Of a stretch of DNA of 64,000 bases, positions 29,601 through 39,302 are shown piece by piece. The stretch lies in contig JAUQVK010000025.1 of NCBI GenBank assembly GCA_039794845.1, forward strand, positions 61,197-125,196, in the 5' to 3' direction. This DNA comes from Thermostichus sp. DRC_bins_24. GTDB lineage: Bacteria; Cyanobacteriota; Cyanobacteriia; Thermostichales; Thermostichaceae. The notes beneath the pieces are model-generated. The model saw only the letters and a program-made list of their open reading frames with translations, made no database searches and had not been told where the DNA came from. Both the position numbers and the translations under genes were made by a program. Position 1 is the stretch's first letter, and every line of letters starts with the position of its first letter.

Positions 29601-31454
29601 TTCCCCCTCGGTGCTGACAGGCTTGCCATCGTAATCGCGGGCTTGTAAACGATAGGTGACCGACTCTCCCGGGGCAGGCAGGTGGCGATCTGCCTCCGAA
29701 AAGAGGGCAAAATCGGCGGCGGTCACCCAGGCGCGAGCGGATCCCGTCACCAGCCGTCGGCTGATATCGGTGACTTCCACTTCGATGCGCAGTTGTTGCA
29801 CCTCCTGGCTACCCCAGTAGCCTTCTTCCTCCCAGTTCAGATCCTGCAAAAGGCGGTTAAGGCGAAAATCCGCTCTGCCATTGGCATCGGTCAGGCCATC
29901 CCCTTCTGCCACCAGGCGACCATAGCCACCGTAGTACCCCTCCTCCTCGCCGATGTCGTTGGCGAAATAGTCTTCCGCCTCGGAACGGGGCAATAACCCG
30001 TAGCGCAGGCTCCAATCGGGGCTGCTGTAAACCCGGTAGTGAACCTGGGCATTGGCCACAGGCCCGCCAAACAGGTATTCCGCTTCGATCCCCACCGCCA
30101 GGGATCCCCCCCGCACCAGCCAAGGTTGGGAGGGCAACACCGTCACCTCAAATTCGGGCTTGCGATAGGCTTCCACCTGAAAGGAGGTGTATTCACTGCC
30201 GGATCCTGCTGGCCCCGACACTTGCCAATCGAGGCCATAGCTGCCCAGGGGGGCTTCTTCCGGCAGCCGGAATTCTCCGTGAACGCTGCCAAAAGTGCTG
30301 GTGGTCAAGGTTTGCTCCCTGAGCAGGTCTCCATTGGGGGCGGTGATCGACAGTTGGACAGCTTGTCCGGGTGGGGGTGGGGTAAGGGTGGTTTGATCCC
30401 GCACTAAGGCCCGGAAATACACCGTTTGGCCAGGACGATAGAGGGGGCGATCGGTGTAGGCGTAGATGCGCTCAGACGGGGTGAAGCCGTAGGCGTAGCT
30501 GGTGGACAAAGATTGCAAGCTCGGGTTGGATCCCTGGCCCAGGATCAACACCGAGGTTCTGTCAGCGGCGGGCAGCGTAAATCGGGCCAGCCCCTCCGCA
30601 TCGGTGGTGCCCGTCAGGGGATCCCCTTCTCCCGTGAAAACCTGCAACTGGATCCCTGGTAGGGGGCGTAACTCGCGCAGGTGAACCGCCTGCACCACCA
30701 GTTGAGTTGCGCTCTGCTTTTGAATCAGGCCCAGGTCGCTCACCAAAAACCAATGGTCGGAACGGGGCAACGATTCGGAGTTACCCAGAGGTTCTCGTCC
30801 CTCCGCTTCCACCCAATAGGCGCCCGGCGGCAGGATCCCCAGATCCAAGGTTTGGGCCGTCCATCCTTGTTCTGGCTGCGGTTGTACGGGCTGCTGCCAA
30901 CTGCGAAGGCGTTCTCGCCGCAGGGTGGGATCCAGGGCAGGATTGAGGGATCCATAGCCAGCATTGGCCAAATCCCGCAAAAGTGGGGATCCCTGCACCT
31001 CCGCCAGGGAAAAGCGATAAAGGCTGAACTGCACCGCCCGCAAGCTGGTGGCCCGCATATTGAGCTGCGCAGGTTCCCCGGCGGTAAACACCTGGCTGGT
31101 GCTGTAGAGATTCAGGCTGGGGGGCAAAAGCTGAGGCCGTAAGGTCGGGATCCGCGCTGTCGCCCCTTCTCGCACTTGGGCTGCCACCTCGCTGCGCAGC
31201 GTTTCCAGACCAGCCCCCCGTAAGGTTACTTGGTATTGGCCGAGGGGCAACCGATCCAGCCGATACTGGCCCTTGTCATCAAGGGTAGCGCTGCGACTGA
31301 CCGGGCCAGACGCGATCACCTGTACCACCCCAGGGGGGGATCCCGCCGGTAACTCCACACTGCCCATCAGGGATCCCGTCGGTTGCTCCGAGAGCAAAAC
31401 CGCCAGCCCCAACCCCAGGAACATCACCAGGGCCACCAACCATCGCCGCAGCAT
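26676..31454 (-). CDS. Bacterial alpha-2-macroglobulin with thioester motif
   Basis: YTDRPLYRPGQTV, EAYRKPEFEV, PDNLTTWR, PYGCTEQT, QNFDGGWGWW, EDPLPSGVE and EEMYDP. Confidence 0.93.
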   Translation of the reverse strand: MLRRWLVALVMFLGLGLAVLLSEQPTGSLMGSVELPAGSPPGVVQVIASGPVSRSATLDDKGQYRLDRLPLGQYQVTLRGAGLETLRSEVAAQVREGATARIPTLRPQLLPPSLNLYSTSQVFTAGEPAQLNMRATSLRAVQFSLYRFSLAEVQGSPLLRDLANAGYGSLNPALDPTLRRERLRSWQQPVQPQPEQGWTAQTLDLGILPPGAYWVEAEGREPLGNSESLPRSDHWFLVSDLGLIQKQSATQLVVQAVHLRELRPLPGIQLQVFTGEGDPLTGTTDAEGLARFTLPAADRTSVLILGQGSNPSLQSLSTSYAYGFTPSERIYAYTDRPLYRPGQTVYFRALVRDQTTLTPPPPGQAVQLSITAPNGDLLREQTLTTSTFGSVHGEFRLPEEAPLGSYGLDWQVSGPAGSGSEYTSFQVEAYRKPEFEVTVLPSQPWLVRGGSLAVGIEAEYLFGGPVANAQVHYRVYSSPDWSLRYGLLPRSEAEDYFANDIGEEEGYYGGYGRLVAEGDGLTDANGRADFRLNRLLQDLNWEEEGYWGSQEVQQLRIEVEVTDISRRLVTGSARAWVTAADFALFSEADRHLPAPGESVTYRLQARDYDGKPVSTEGELSLERWRWDPRSNTYQQQSTLLRQSFRIADGEGSVTVNLPADLEPGDYRVRLTARDPQRRRVQDIAYLWVVQPGSPLQSWGSTQSLEVIPDRQVYQVGEEAQLLIISPVPDVSVLVGIEGSRLHQVQVLPLQGHTATLTLPITGDYRPNIYATATVIGPERRLYQNETLLRVSPLDRFLQVELQTDKPNYQPGETAQIQIRTRDAQGQPVSAEVGLGIVDSAIYLLRPDRTPDIRRFFYGRIYNQVTTTTSFPQQYPGGADKLANQIREDFQDTAAWFPNVLTDANGLAQVQVRWPDNLTTWRLTARAATADTQVGSALSSVLVSKDLLVRLATPRFFQVGDRLTLAAIVQNRTDQAQGVEVRLDVPGNLQLQAPLRQRLTVAAQGAERVEWPVQVLGAGDTTVRVWAEGSTLQDALQLQIPSQPFGAVHRFSQSGQLQDAATLNLPLDWPSTWVAGSRNARLELASSPLAALLGPLDYLVEFPYGCTEQTLSRFLPALAVNLASEQLGLSLRSQTLERLPRVLQAGLQRLEGSQNFDGGWGWWAYDTSNPYLTSYILQGYHLAQAAGYTLKDWQVQRGLTYLTEQLAQPQALSPDMQAFVAHGLVLWDPSSPSLLTTPPPEQLSTFGLAYRGLTALQLGQTPLAQAALDQALQRHQTDPQGRWFIPQAHVRTAQERSSYHDMEVAGPLLQLATQLQDPRAAEIAAAILNQQQNNRWSTTKATADALLGLIPYYQAQFRQNPSPGEVFVFNGESRSLVGRWQPSTPDPRQVIALADADVENLRSLRLEKTGPGPLYYSLTGSAFTPTPAGPQSQGFTVSRRYFRLQPQPQAHGQILYREQPLQPQDSVQAGEMVLGRLIVEAERDSHYVLIEDPLPSGVEIASQDPRLLTGSVRVSGTESLPDYWWDWFWTHQENRDDRVAFFSTELSKGRHELVYLFRPEIPGQFQVSPAVAEEMYDPSRYGQSASTSLSVVP

Positions 31455-31553
31455 CGGATCCCTCCCCCCAGTTGATCCCATCCTGCCTTAGGGATCCCCT
31501 TACCCGAAGAACTTTCAGGTCAGGATCCAAAGTGGCGCTCTTGCCCGTTCCGA

Positions 31554-32783
31554 TTACTTCACCAGATCAAACACCCCGAACATCGGCAGGTACATGGCCA
31601 CGATAATGCAGCCCACCATGCCCCCCAACACCACGATCATCAAAGGCTCGATCAAACTGGTGAGGGCGCGCACCGCTTCTTCCACTTCCAATTCGTAGAA
31701 ATCCGCCGTCTTCATCAACATGGCATCCAGTTCGCCAGTCTCTTCGCCGACGCTGATCATCTGCACCGCCATGATCGGGAAGACCTTCGCCTTGTCCAAG
31801 GCCGGGGCAATCTGTCCCCCTTCAGAAATCGCCTGCCGGGATCCATCGATGGCGTTGGCCACCACCTGGTTGCCCGAGGTATCCCGCACGATCTCCAACG
31901 AGGTAAGCACCGGCACACCGGAGCGGGTGAGGGCTCCAAAGGTGCGACAGAAACGAGCGACCGAAGACTTTTGAATCAGATCCCCAAAAATGGGGAGTTT
32001 CAGGGCCAACGCATCAATGGTTTCTTTGCCGGCGGGAGTGCGATAAAAGCGCTGGTAAGCAAAGAACAACGCCACCAAAAAGCCCACCAAACCCAAGCTG
32101 TACTGGGGGGTGCGCAGAAACTTGCTGATGTTGATAAAAAACTGGGTAAAGGCGGGCAATTCCCCCCCCAAATCATTGTAAATACTTTCAAAAGTCGGCA
32201 GAATAAACAGCACCATCCCCAAAAAGATGGCTGTGGCCAGAATGGTAACCACCACCGGATAGGTCATGGCAGACTTGATCTGCTTCTGCAAGCGATCCAT
32301 GTCCTCCAGCAGCTTGGCCAGACGATTCAGCACTTCGTCCAGAACCCCCCCCACTTCACCCGCCTGCACCATACTGCAGTAGAGGCCATCGAAGGCATCG
32401 GGATAGGCACGGATGGAATCGGAAAGGTTTTTCCCCGCTTCTACGTCGGAGCGGACAGCCCTGAGGTACTTCTTCAGTTTGGGGTTGCCGGTCTGCTCCT
32501 CCATGATCGTTAGGGAGCGCACCATCGACACCCCAGAGTTGATCAGGGCGGCAAATTGTCGGGAGAACACGGCCTTGTCGCGGATATCGATGGATCCCAG
32601 CATCGACAGGTCAAAGGAGGATTTATCGAAAGAAAAGAGAGGTTTTTCCTCCTGAATGTCCTCGGGCTTGGCAAAAATGCCCTCTTGGCGCAGCCGAGAG
32701 CGAGCCTCTGTCAAGTTGTTGGCCACTACCGTTCGACGTACAGGTTGACCGGCTTGTAACCCCCGAACTTTGAAGCGCGGCAT
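31554..32783 (-). CDS. pilC: Type IV pilus platform protein PilC
   Basis: FSRQFAALINSGV, AGEVGGVLDEVL, SAMTYP, GEETGELD and AMYLPMF. Confidence 0.95.
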   Translation of the reverse strand: MPRFKVRGLQAGQPVRRTVVANNLTEARSRLRQEGIFAKPEDIQEEKPLFSFDKSSFDLSMLGSIDIRDKAVFSRQFAALINSGVSMVRSLTIMEEQTGNPKLKKYLRAVRSDVEAGKNLSDSIRAYPDAFDGLYCSMVQAGEVGGVLDEVLNRLAKLLEDMDRLQKQIKSAMTYPVVVTILATAIFLGMVLFILPTFESIYNDLGGELPAFTQFFINISKFLRTPQYSLGLVGFLVALFFAYQRFYRTPAGKETIDALALKLPIFGDLIQKSSVARFCRTFGALTRSGVPVLTSLEIVRDTSGNQVVANAIDGSRQAISEGGQIAPALDKAKVFPIMAVQMISVGEETGELDAMLMKTADFYELEVEEAVRALTSLIEPLMIVVLGGMVGCIIVAMYLPMFGVFDLVK

Positions 32784-32947
32784 GGCTCTACCCTCATTAA
32801 GCTAGTTTGGATCGTTCGATGCTGTGGAATGGGATCCCTTGGCTCAGTCCGTAAAGAGGGACAACTCTCTTAGCTAGAGCTTAGCCACAAACTGGGTCTC
32901 TCGCTAGAGACTTGTGAGGAACTCTCGCCCAGGGATCCCCCGGGCTT

Positions 32948-34087
32948 TTAGCGACGCACGGCAACAGCAGCAGGCCGTTGCTGAGCGGCAGCCCCGGCGG
33001 AGGGGCCCCCGGCGGTGTTACCCAGAAGCCGCTGCAGTTCTTCGGGGCGGGAAGTTTTGGACATGGCCGTGTCGAAGTCGATCTTGCCCTCCAGGTAAAG
33101 ATCCGCCAGATCCCGCTCCAGGGTCTTCATGCCCTGCTTACCCCCCGTTTGAATGGCAGAGTAGATCTGGGCGGTTTTCCCCTCCCGGATCAGGTTGGCG
33201 ATGGCGGGAGTCACAACCATAATCTCTTGCACCAACACCCGTCCGGGCTCTCCCGGTTTGGGGTTGTGGCGGCGGGCCAGGGTTTGGCTGAAGACGGCCC
33301 GCAAGGAGTTGGACAGCTGCACCCGAATCTGCTGCTGTTGCTCCGGCGGAAACACATCCACCAAGCGATCCACAGTTTGGGCCGCCGAGCTGGTGTGAAC
33401 GGTGGCAAAGCAGAGGTGGCCGGTTTCGGCGGCGGTAATGGCCAACTGAATGGTTTCCAGATCCCGCATCTCCCCGATTAGGATGACATCGGGATCTTCC
33501 CGCATCGCCGCCTTGAGGGCATTGGCAAAACTCTTGGTGTCTTCCCCCAGTTGCCGTTGGTGTACGATGCTGCGGATGGGGGTGTAGATGTACTCGATCG
33601 GATCTTCAATGGTGAGAATGTGCTCGGCCCGCTCACGGTTGATCATATCCAGCATCGAGGCCAGGGTGGTGGATTTGCCGGAGCCGGTGGGGCCAGTCAC
33701 CAGCACCAGTCCCCGTGGCAAACGGGCCATCTCTTTACAAATGTCGGGCAATCCCAGCTTGTCGATGTGGGGGATCTCGGCGGCAAGGGCGCGCATGGCA
33801 CAAGCATAGGTGCCGCGATCCCGGTAAACGTTCACCCGGAAACGGCCAATCCCCCGCACCCCGTAGGAACAGTCCAACTCCCAGGTTTGTTCCAGGTGCT
33901 TGCGCTGCGTATTGTTAAGCATGCTGAAGATCAGCCGCTGCACTTCCTCTGCCGAAAGGGGGTCATGCTCCGTTGGCTCCAGGCGACCGTTGATGCGGAA
34001 GTAGGGGGGCAGACCCACCGAAATGTGAATATCGGAGCCACCTTTTTGGACGATGGCTTCCATCAAGTCTTCGATCATCAGTTGCAT
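32948..34087 (-). CDS. pilT: Type IV pilus retraction ATPase PilT
   Basis: GPTGSGKSTT, EDPIE, REDPDVILIGEMRD and AIANLIRE. Confidence 0.96.
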   Translation of the reverse strand: MQLMIEDLMEAIVQKGGSDIHISVGLPPYFRINGRLEPTEHDPLSAEEVQRLIFSMLNNTQRKHLEQTWELDCSYGVRGIGRFRVNVYRDRGTYACAMRALAAEIPHIDKLGLPDICKEMARLPRGLVLVTGPTGSGKSTTLASMLDMINRERAEHILTIEDPIEYIYTPIRSIVHQRQLGEDTKSFANALKAAMREDPDVILIGEMRDLETIQLAITAAETGHLCFATVHTSSAAQTVDRLVDVFPPEQQQQIRVQLSNSLRAVFSQTLARRHNPKPGEPGRVLVQEIMVVTPAIANLIREGKTAQIYSAIQTGGKQGMKTLERDLADLYLEGKIDFDTAMSKTSRPEELQRLLGNTAGGPSAGAAAQQRPAAVAVRR

Positions 34088-34219
34088 AGGGTCGGGGTCT
34101 CCAAAGGTGAGTGGATCCGTTAATCAACAGGGGTCGGTGGCAGCAGCCGTGGCATAGGGGTAACCGTATAGGATCGTTATAGTCGACACCTCGGCATCGT
34201 CAAGCCTCTGGCAGATTTC

Positions 34220-36280
34220 CTAAAACTTCGGGGTCAAGCAATAGGGACAATCCATCCAGTCGATGTGCAGAGCAGCCCCACAGTTACGGCAGGTGCTGAG
34301 GGCTTTGGCACGGGCTTTCAGCTCGCTTTCTAGGCCTTTGTCGGTGAGGGTCACCCGGTCGACCTCCTCCAGGGTGGTGTGGCCCTGTTTCACCAACATC
34401 AAACTGTAGGCCAGCAGGGTTTTCATGCCAGACTCCACGGCCGCTTCCTTGATCACCTCGGTGGGGGCTTCTTTGTTGATCAACTCGGCAAGGCGGTCGT
34501 TCATACGCATAAACTCGTACACGCCGACCCGGCCTTTGTAGCCCACCCCGCCACATTTTTCGCAAATCGGCTTGCCGGTGGCCTTGTGCTGCTCCACCTC
34601 TTTTGGGGAGAGCTTGTTGGCCTTGTAAAAGGTGAGCTGTTCCCCATCGCCGGTCAGGGTGAGGCCGTAGCGGGCCAACTCTTCCGGGCTGGGGTGATAA
34701 GGGATCCGACAGGCGCTACAAACGCGGCGCATCAACCGCTGGGCCAGTACCCCCAACAACGAGCTGGAGATCATAAAGGGCTCGATCCCCATTTCCGTCA
34801 GGCGGGCGATGGCTCCGGGGGCATCGTTGGTGTGTAGGGTGGTCAACACCAGGTGGCCGGTCAGGGAGGCTTCGATGGCGGTTTTGGCGGTTTCGTGGTC
34901 GCGGGTTTCCCCCACCAGGATGACATCGGGGTCTTGCCGCAGAAAGGCCCTCAGGATCAAGGCGAAATCCATGCCTTTTTCACGAATCACCTGCACCTGG
35001 GTGATCCCCGGCAGGGAGTATTCAATTGGGTCTTCGGCGGTGCTGATGTTGATGCCCGGATCGTTCACTTCGGCAAGGGCGGAATACAGCGAGGTGGTTT
35101 TCCCGGATCCGGTTGGCCCGGTTACCAGGATCAGGCCAAAGGGCCGCCTCACGGTTTCCTTGAAGCTGGCGAGGGTCTCCGGGTCGGTGATCAACTTGTC
35201 AAGGCCCAGTTGGGTGGCGGAGTTGTCCAGGATCCGCATGACGATCTTTTCGCCGTAGCGGGAGGGCAGGGTGCTCACCCGGAAGTCCACCTTGCGCCCT
35301 TTGAACACGCGGCGGATCCGCCCATCCTGAGGCATACGCCGTTCGGCAATATTCAGGTTGGAGATGATTTTAAAGCGGGCGGTGAGGGCGGGAACGATTT
35401 TTTTGGGAAATTGTTCAAAGGCTTGGCGCAGCACCCCATCTTTGCGGAACCGAATGCGCAGGTACTCTTCTTGGGGCTCAATGTGGATGTCGGAAACCCC
35501 CTCTTGTAGAGCCTTGATCAGGATTTGGTTGGCCAGTTTGATAATCGGGGCATCGTCGGCAGATTTAACCTGTTGCTCCAGGGATCCCTCGCTGGCATCG
35601 TCGGCGGCAACATCCTCGATGCTATCCAGGTCGATTTCGGCGGTGTTGACCTCAACTTCTTCCTCTTCCTGGGCGGCAGCGGCGTCGTTGATCCCCTTGA
35701 TGGCCAGCAAATCCGCCTGCACATCCATGTAGCGGTTGATCAAGGTGTCGAAGTCCCGCTGGGTGAAGACCCGCCGTTGTAGCTTCAACCCCTGAATGCG
35801 GAAGCGCCGCTGGATGTCGTCGAGAGCCTGGAGGTTGTCGGGCTTCACCATCGCTACCAGCACCTGGTTGCCTTCCTGACGAATGGGCAGGAACTTGTAG
35901 CGGTTGCAGATATCCAAAGGCAAGACCGAGTCAATCAAAGCCGTAATCTCGGGGATCTCCACCTGATCCAAGTCCACATCAAGGGAAGGGATCCCATAAA
36001 TAACTTTTAGTTCAAACAGTTGCTGCCGTTTGTAAGCCCGTTCAAGGTCGGGGGGGATGTCCTTGCCGACAATGTCCTTGACGATCAGGGCAAGAGCCTT
36101 ACCGTTGCCTTCTCGTTCTGCCTTAAAAGCATCTTGAATTTTTTGAATTTGGACATCGTTGGCCAAGCCCAATTCTTTTAATTTGCGACCAAAGGGGGTG
36201 ATGCTGGCGTTGGCGATGGCTAGGGCTTTGCTGGCAGCGGTGCTGCGGCGGGTGCTGAAGGAAGGAGGAAGGTCATTCAT
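34220..36280 (-). CDS. pilB: Type IV pilus assembly ATPase PilB with a C-terminal Cys-rich extension
   Basis: SDIHIEP, PQDGRI, GPTGSGKTT, RQDPDVILVGE and terminal CRNC...CPYC. Confidence 0.96.
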   Translation of the reverse strand: MNDLPPSFSTRRSTAASKALAIANASITPFGRKLKELGLANDVQIQKIQDAFKAEREGNGKALALIVKDIVGKDIPPDLERAYKRQQLFELKVIYGIPSLDVDLDQVEIPEITALIDSVLPLDICNRYKFLPIRQEGNQVLVAMVKPDNLQALDDIQRRFRIQGLKLQRRVFTQRDFDTLINRYMDVQADLLAIKGINDAAAAQEEEEVEVNTAEIDLDSIEDVAADDASEGSLEQQVKSADDAPIIKLANQILIKALQEGVSDIHIEPQEEYLRIRFRKDGVLRQAFEQFPKKIVPALTARFKIISNLNIAERRMPQDGRIRRVFKGRKVDFRVSTLPSRYGEKIVMRILDNSATQLGLDKLITDPETLASFKETVRRPFGLILVTGPTGSGKTTSLYSALAEVNDPGINISTAEDPIEYSLPGITQVQVIREKGMDFALILRAFLRQDPDVILVGETRDHETAKTAIEASLTGHLVLTTLHTNDAPGAIARLTEMGIEPFMISSSLLGVLAQRLMRRVCSACRIPYHPSPEELARYGLTLTGDGEQLTFYKANKLSPKEVEQHKATGKPICEKCGGVGYKGRVGVYEFMRMNDRLAELINKEAPTEVIKEAAVESGMKTLLAYSLMLVKQGHTTLEEVDRVTLTDKGLESELKARAKALSTCRNCGAALHIDWMDCPYCLTPKF

Positions 36281-36405
36281 GCTACTGGGCCACCAAGGAT
36301 TTCTCTATTTCACTGCACTTGGCTACAAGGGTCAATGGTAGGGATACGCAGGCTCATGCCCCACAGATGCCACCGATCACGGGTTTACTATGCCCCAATT
36401 CCGCT

Positions 36406-38043
36406 TCAAATCTTGCAGCTCAGCGCTTGCGACTGTTGGGTGAAGCAAAGATTTTCGCCATAGTCGACGGGACAGTCGATGAGGCTGGGCACCGGCTGAT
36501 CCAGGGCATGCTTGAGGATGGGGATCAGGTCGGTCGCGGCTTCCACTCGATAGCCTTTCAGACCCATGCTTTCCGCTAGCTTGACGAAGTCTGGATTGCC
36601 AAACTTGGTGAAGGCTGCCTCGCCGTATTGATTGTGTTGTTTCCATTCGATCAGCCCATAGCCGCCATCGTTAAAGATTAAGGTGACGAAGGGGGTACCC
36701 ACTCTCAGGGCAGTTTCCAGTTCCTGGCAGTTCATCATGAAGCCCCCATCCCCTGTCACGGCCACAATGCGGCGCTCGGGATGCACCAGCTTGGCGGCCA
36801 AGGCCCCCGGAATGGCGATACCCATGGCGGCAAAGCCGTTGGAGATGAGACACGTATTGGGCTTGTCACAGTGATAAAGACGGGCCATCCACATTTTGTG
36901 GGCCCCGACATCGCTGATGACGATATCCTCTGGCCCCAACACTTGGCGCAGGTCGTAGATCAGCTTCTGGGGCTTAAGGGGGTAGCTCTGATCTTGGGCA
37001 TAGCGGTTGTACTCGCGGAGGATATTCTCCCGCAGACTGATGCCATAGGGATCCGGCTTGCCGGTTCGGTCGGAGCGGCGCAGCAGTTCGAGCAGAGAGT
37101 CGGAGATATCGCCGATCACTTCCACTTGGGGAATGTAGCTGCTGTCGATTTCCGCCCGCAAAGCGGCAACGTGAATGATCGGGATGCTGCTGTCAGGGTT
37201 CCATTTTTTGGGGGAGTACTCGATCAGGTCGTAGCCGACGGCGATCACCAAATCGGTTTTGTCGAAGCCGCAGCTGATCAGATCCCGTTGTTGCAGGCCA
37301 ACTGCCCACAGAGACAGGGGATGAGTATAGGGGATCACTCCCTTGCCCATAAAGGTGTTGGCCACCGGGATATTCAGGCGGGTGGCAAATTCCGTCAGGG
37401 CATCGCTGGCTTGGGCGCGAATGGCACCGTTCCCCACCAGGATTAGGGGGTTGCGGGCGCGGGAGATCAAGGAGGCGGCTTCGTTCAGGCTCTGAAAGGA
37501 GGCGTAGGTTTTCTCGAGGCGATCTTTGCCCAGGGGGATGCCGCTGGCTTCCATGGCGGCGATGTTTTCCGGCAGGTCGATGTGGACGGCCCCCGGTTTT
37601 TCGGTCTGGGCCAATTTGAAGGCTTTGCGCACAATCTCGGGGGTGATGCTGGGGCGGACGATCTGGGCATTCCACTTGGTGACGGGCTCGAACATGGCCA
37701 CCAAATCCAGGTATTGGTGGGACTCGATGTGCATGCGATCCGTGCCCACCTGCCCGGTAATCGCCACTAGGGGGGCCCCATCCAAGTTGGCGTCGGCTAC
37801 GCCGGTCATGAGGTTGGTTGCCCCCGGCCCCAAGGTGGATAAACACACGCCTGCTTTGCCCGTCAGCCGACCGTAGACATCCGCCATAAAGGCGGCCCCC
37901 TGCTCGTGGCGGGTGGTGATGAACTGAATGGAAGAGTGGCGCAGGGCTTGCAGCACCTCCAGGTTTTCTTCGCCAGGCAGGCCAAAGATGTACTGTACCC
38001 CCTCGTTTTCTAGGCAGCGGATTAGCAGTTCGGCGGTATTCAT
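36406..38043 (-). CDS. ogdA: ThDP-dependent 2-oxoglutarate decarboxylase (acetolactate synthase-like)
   Basis: MNTAELLIRCLENEGVQYIFGLPGEENL, RHEQGAAFMAD and GDGGFMMN, matching the cyanobacterial OgdA clade. Confidence 0.8.
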   Translation of the reverse strand: MNTAELLIRCLENEGVQYIFGLPGEENLEVLQALRHSSIQFITTRHEQGAAFMADVYGRLTGKAGVCLSTLGPGATNLMTGVADANLDGAPLVAITGQVGTDRMHIESHQYLDLVAMFEPVTKWNAQIVRPSITPEIVRKAFKLAQTEKPGAVHIDLPENIAAMEASGIPLGKDRLEKTYASFQSLNEAASLISRARNPLILVGNGAIRAQASDALTEFATRLNIPVANTFMGKGVIPYTHPLSLWAVGLQQRDLISCGFDKTDLVIAVGYDLIEYSPKKWNPDSSIPIIHVAALRAEIDSSYIPQVEVIGDISDSLLELLRRSDRTGKPDPYGISLRENILREYNRYAQDQSYPLKPQKLIYDLRQVLGPEDIVISDVGAHKMWMARLYHCDKPNTCLISNGFAAMGIAIPGALAAKLVHPERRIVAVTGDGGFMMNCQELETALRVGTPFVTLIFNDGGYGLIEWKQHNQYGEAAFTKFGNPDFVKLAESMGLKGYRVEAATDLIPILKHALDQPVPSLIDCPVDYGENLCFTQQSQALSCKI

Positions 38044-38210
38044 GCGGGGGCAGAAAGCGATGGGTTCGGATCCCACCATAAACGGCGGGGGGAGGTAGCA
38101 GGGCAACTGGTAATTTTTTTTCCTGGTTTAGGGCTGGGTGGGGTCTGGAGCTGGAGAACCAGGCTAAGCTCAGGAGGCCGGTGGGCTAGTCTGGCTGAGG
38201 ATTGACCCCT

Positions 38211-39263
38211 ATGCAGGTTTACTTTGAACCTTTTACCGTTCACAAGCGCTATGCCCTCACGATCAGCCGGGGTACCCACACCGAGACAACCCTGGTCTGG
38301 GTGAGGGTTGAGCAGGAGGGGGTGGAGGGGTGGGGAGAGGCGTGCCCTTTTTCTGTCAGTGAAGACTGTCAGCAGTCCTTGGAAGAGATTCTGACGGGCT
38401 TGGAGGTGGCCAAGGGGCTGTTGCGGCGTTATTCCCCTTGGGACCGCCAGCAGATCGAGGCGCGACTGATCCAGGAGGGGATCCCTTCGGCAGCACGGGC
38501 AGCTCTGGATATGGCTCTGCACGATTGGATGGGCAAACGGCTGGGGATCCCGTTGTGGCAGTTGTGGGGGCTGGATCGATCCCGCATTAAGCCCACCACG
38601 ATGACGATCGGTATCTCTTCTCCTCAGGCAGCACAAGAGCGGGCCTTGGCCTGGATGAAGGAGACCCAAACCCGGTCTTTCAAAATTAAGCTGGGCAGCG
38701 AGTTGGGGCTGATGGCGGATCAAAACATGCTGATCGCTGTGCAGGAGGTGATCCCGCTCGGATCCCTGATTACTGTCGATGCCAACGGGGCGTGGACGGT
38801 GGAACAAAGCCTGAGCATGAGCAATTGGCTAGCAGGCCAGGGGGTGAGCTATCTGGAGCAGCCCTTGGACAAGGGACAAGAGGCGGGGCTGGTTACCCTC
38901 TGGCATGAGTCGAAGCTGCCGATTTTTGTGGATGAAAGCTGTTTTGACAATAGCGATATTCCGGCCCTGACGGATCGGGTGCATGGGATCAACATCAAGC
39001 TGATGAAATGTGGCGGCCTCAGCGAAGCCCTGCGCATGATCCACACGGCCAAATCCCATGGCTTGCAGGTGATGTTGGGCTGCTACAGCAACACGGCCTT
39101 GGGCAACACGGCGGCGGCCCACTTGGCCCCCTTGGTGGATTACCTGGATTTGGATAGCCACCTCAATCTTGTGGATGATCCCTTTTCTGGGGCGATCCTG
39201 CACAATGGCTGTTTGGTGCCTACCGATCAGCCGGGCTTGGGGGTATCGGGCATTTTGGGATAG
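38211..39263 (+). CDS. Enolase-superfamily dipeptide epimerase / N-acetyl-D-Glu racemase (DgcA-like)
   Basis: GWGEA, KIK, DAN, EQP, DES, NIKLMKCGG and DLD motifs. Confidence 0.85.
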   Translation: MQVYFEPFTVHKRYALTISRGTHTETTLVWVRVEQEGVEGWGEACPFSVSEDCQQSLEEILTGLEVAKGLLRRYSPWDRQQIEARLIQEGIPSAARAALDMALHDWMGKRLGIPLWQLWGLDRSRIKPTTMTIGISSPQAAQERALAWMKETQTRSFKIKLGSELGLMADQNMLIAVQEVIPLGSLITVDANGAWTVEQSLSMSNWLAGQGVSYLEQPLDKGQEAGLVTLWHESKLPIFVDESCFDNSDIPALTDRVHGINIKLMKCGGLSEALRMIHTAKSHGLQVMLGCYSNTALGNTAAAHLAPLVDYLDLDSHLNLVDDPFSGAILHNGCLVPTDQPGLGVSGILG

Positions 39264-39302
39264 TTGAGGGTGCTTGGGCCCAATCTGGAGAGGTTAGCGT
39301 TC

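Noticed and set aside
34220..34300. Cys-rich C-terminal extension of PilB
   Set aside because: This is a known feature of cyanobacterial PilB1 and is not novel.
36406..38043. Annotation as acetolactate synthase ilvB
   Set aside because: The N-terminus and motifs fit the cyanobacterial 2-oxoglutarate decarboxylase clade better, and no ilvN is adjacent.
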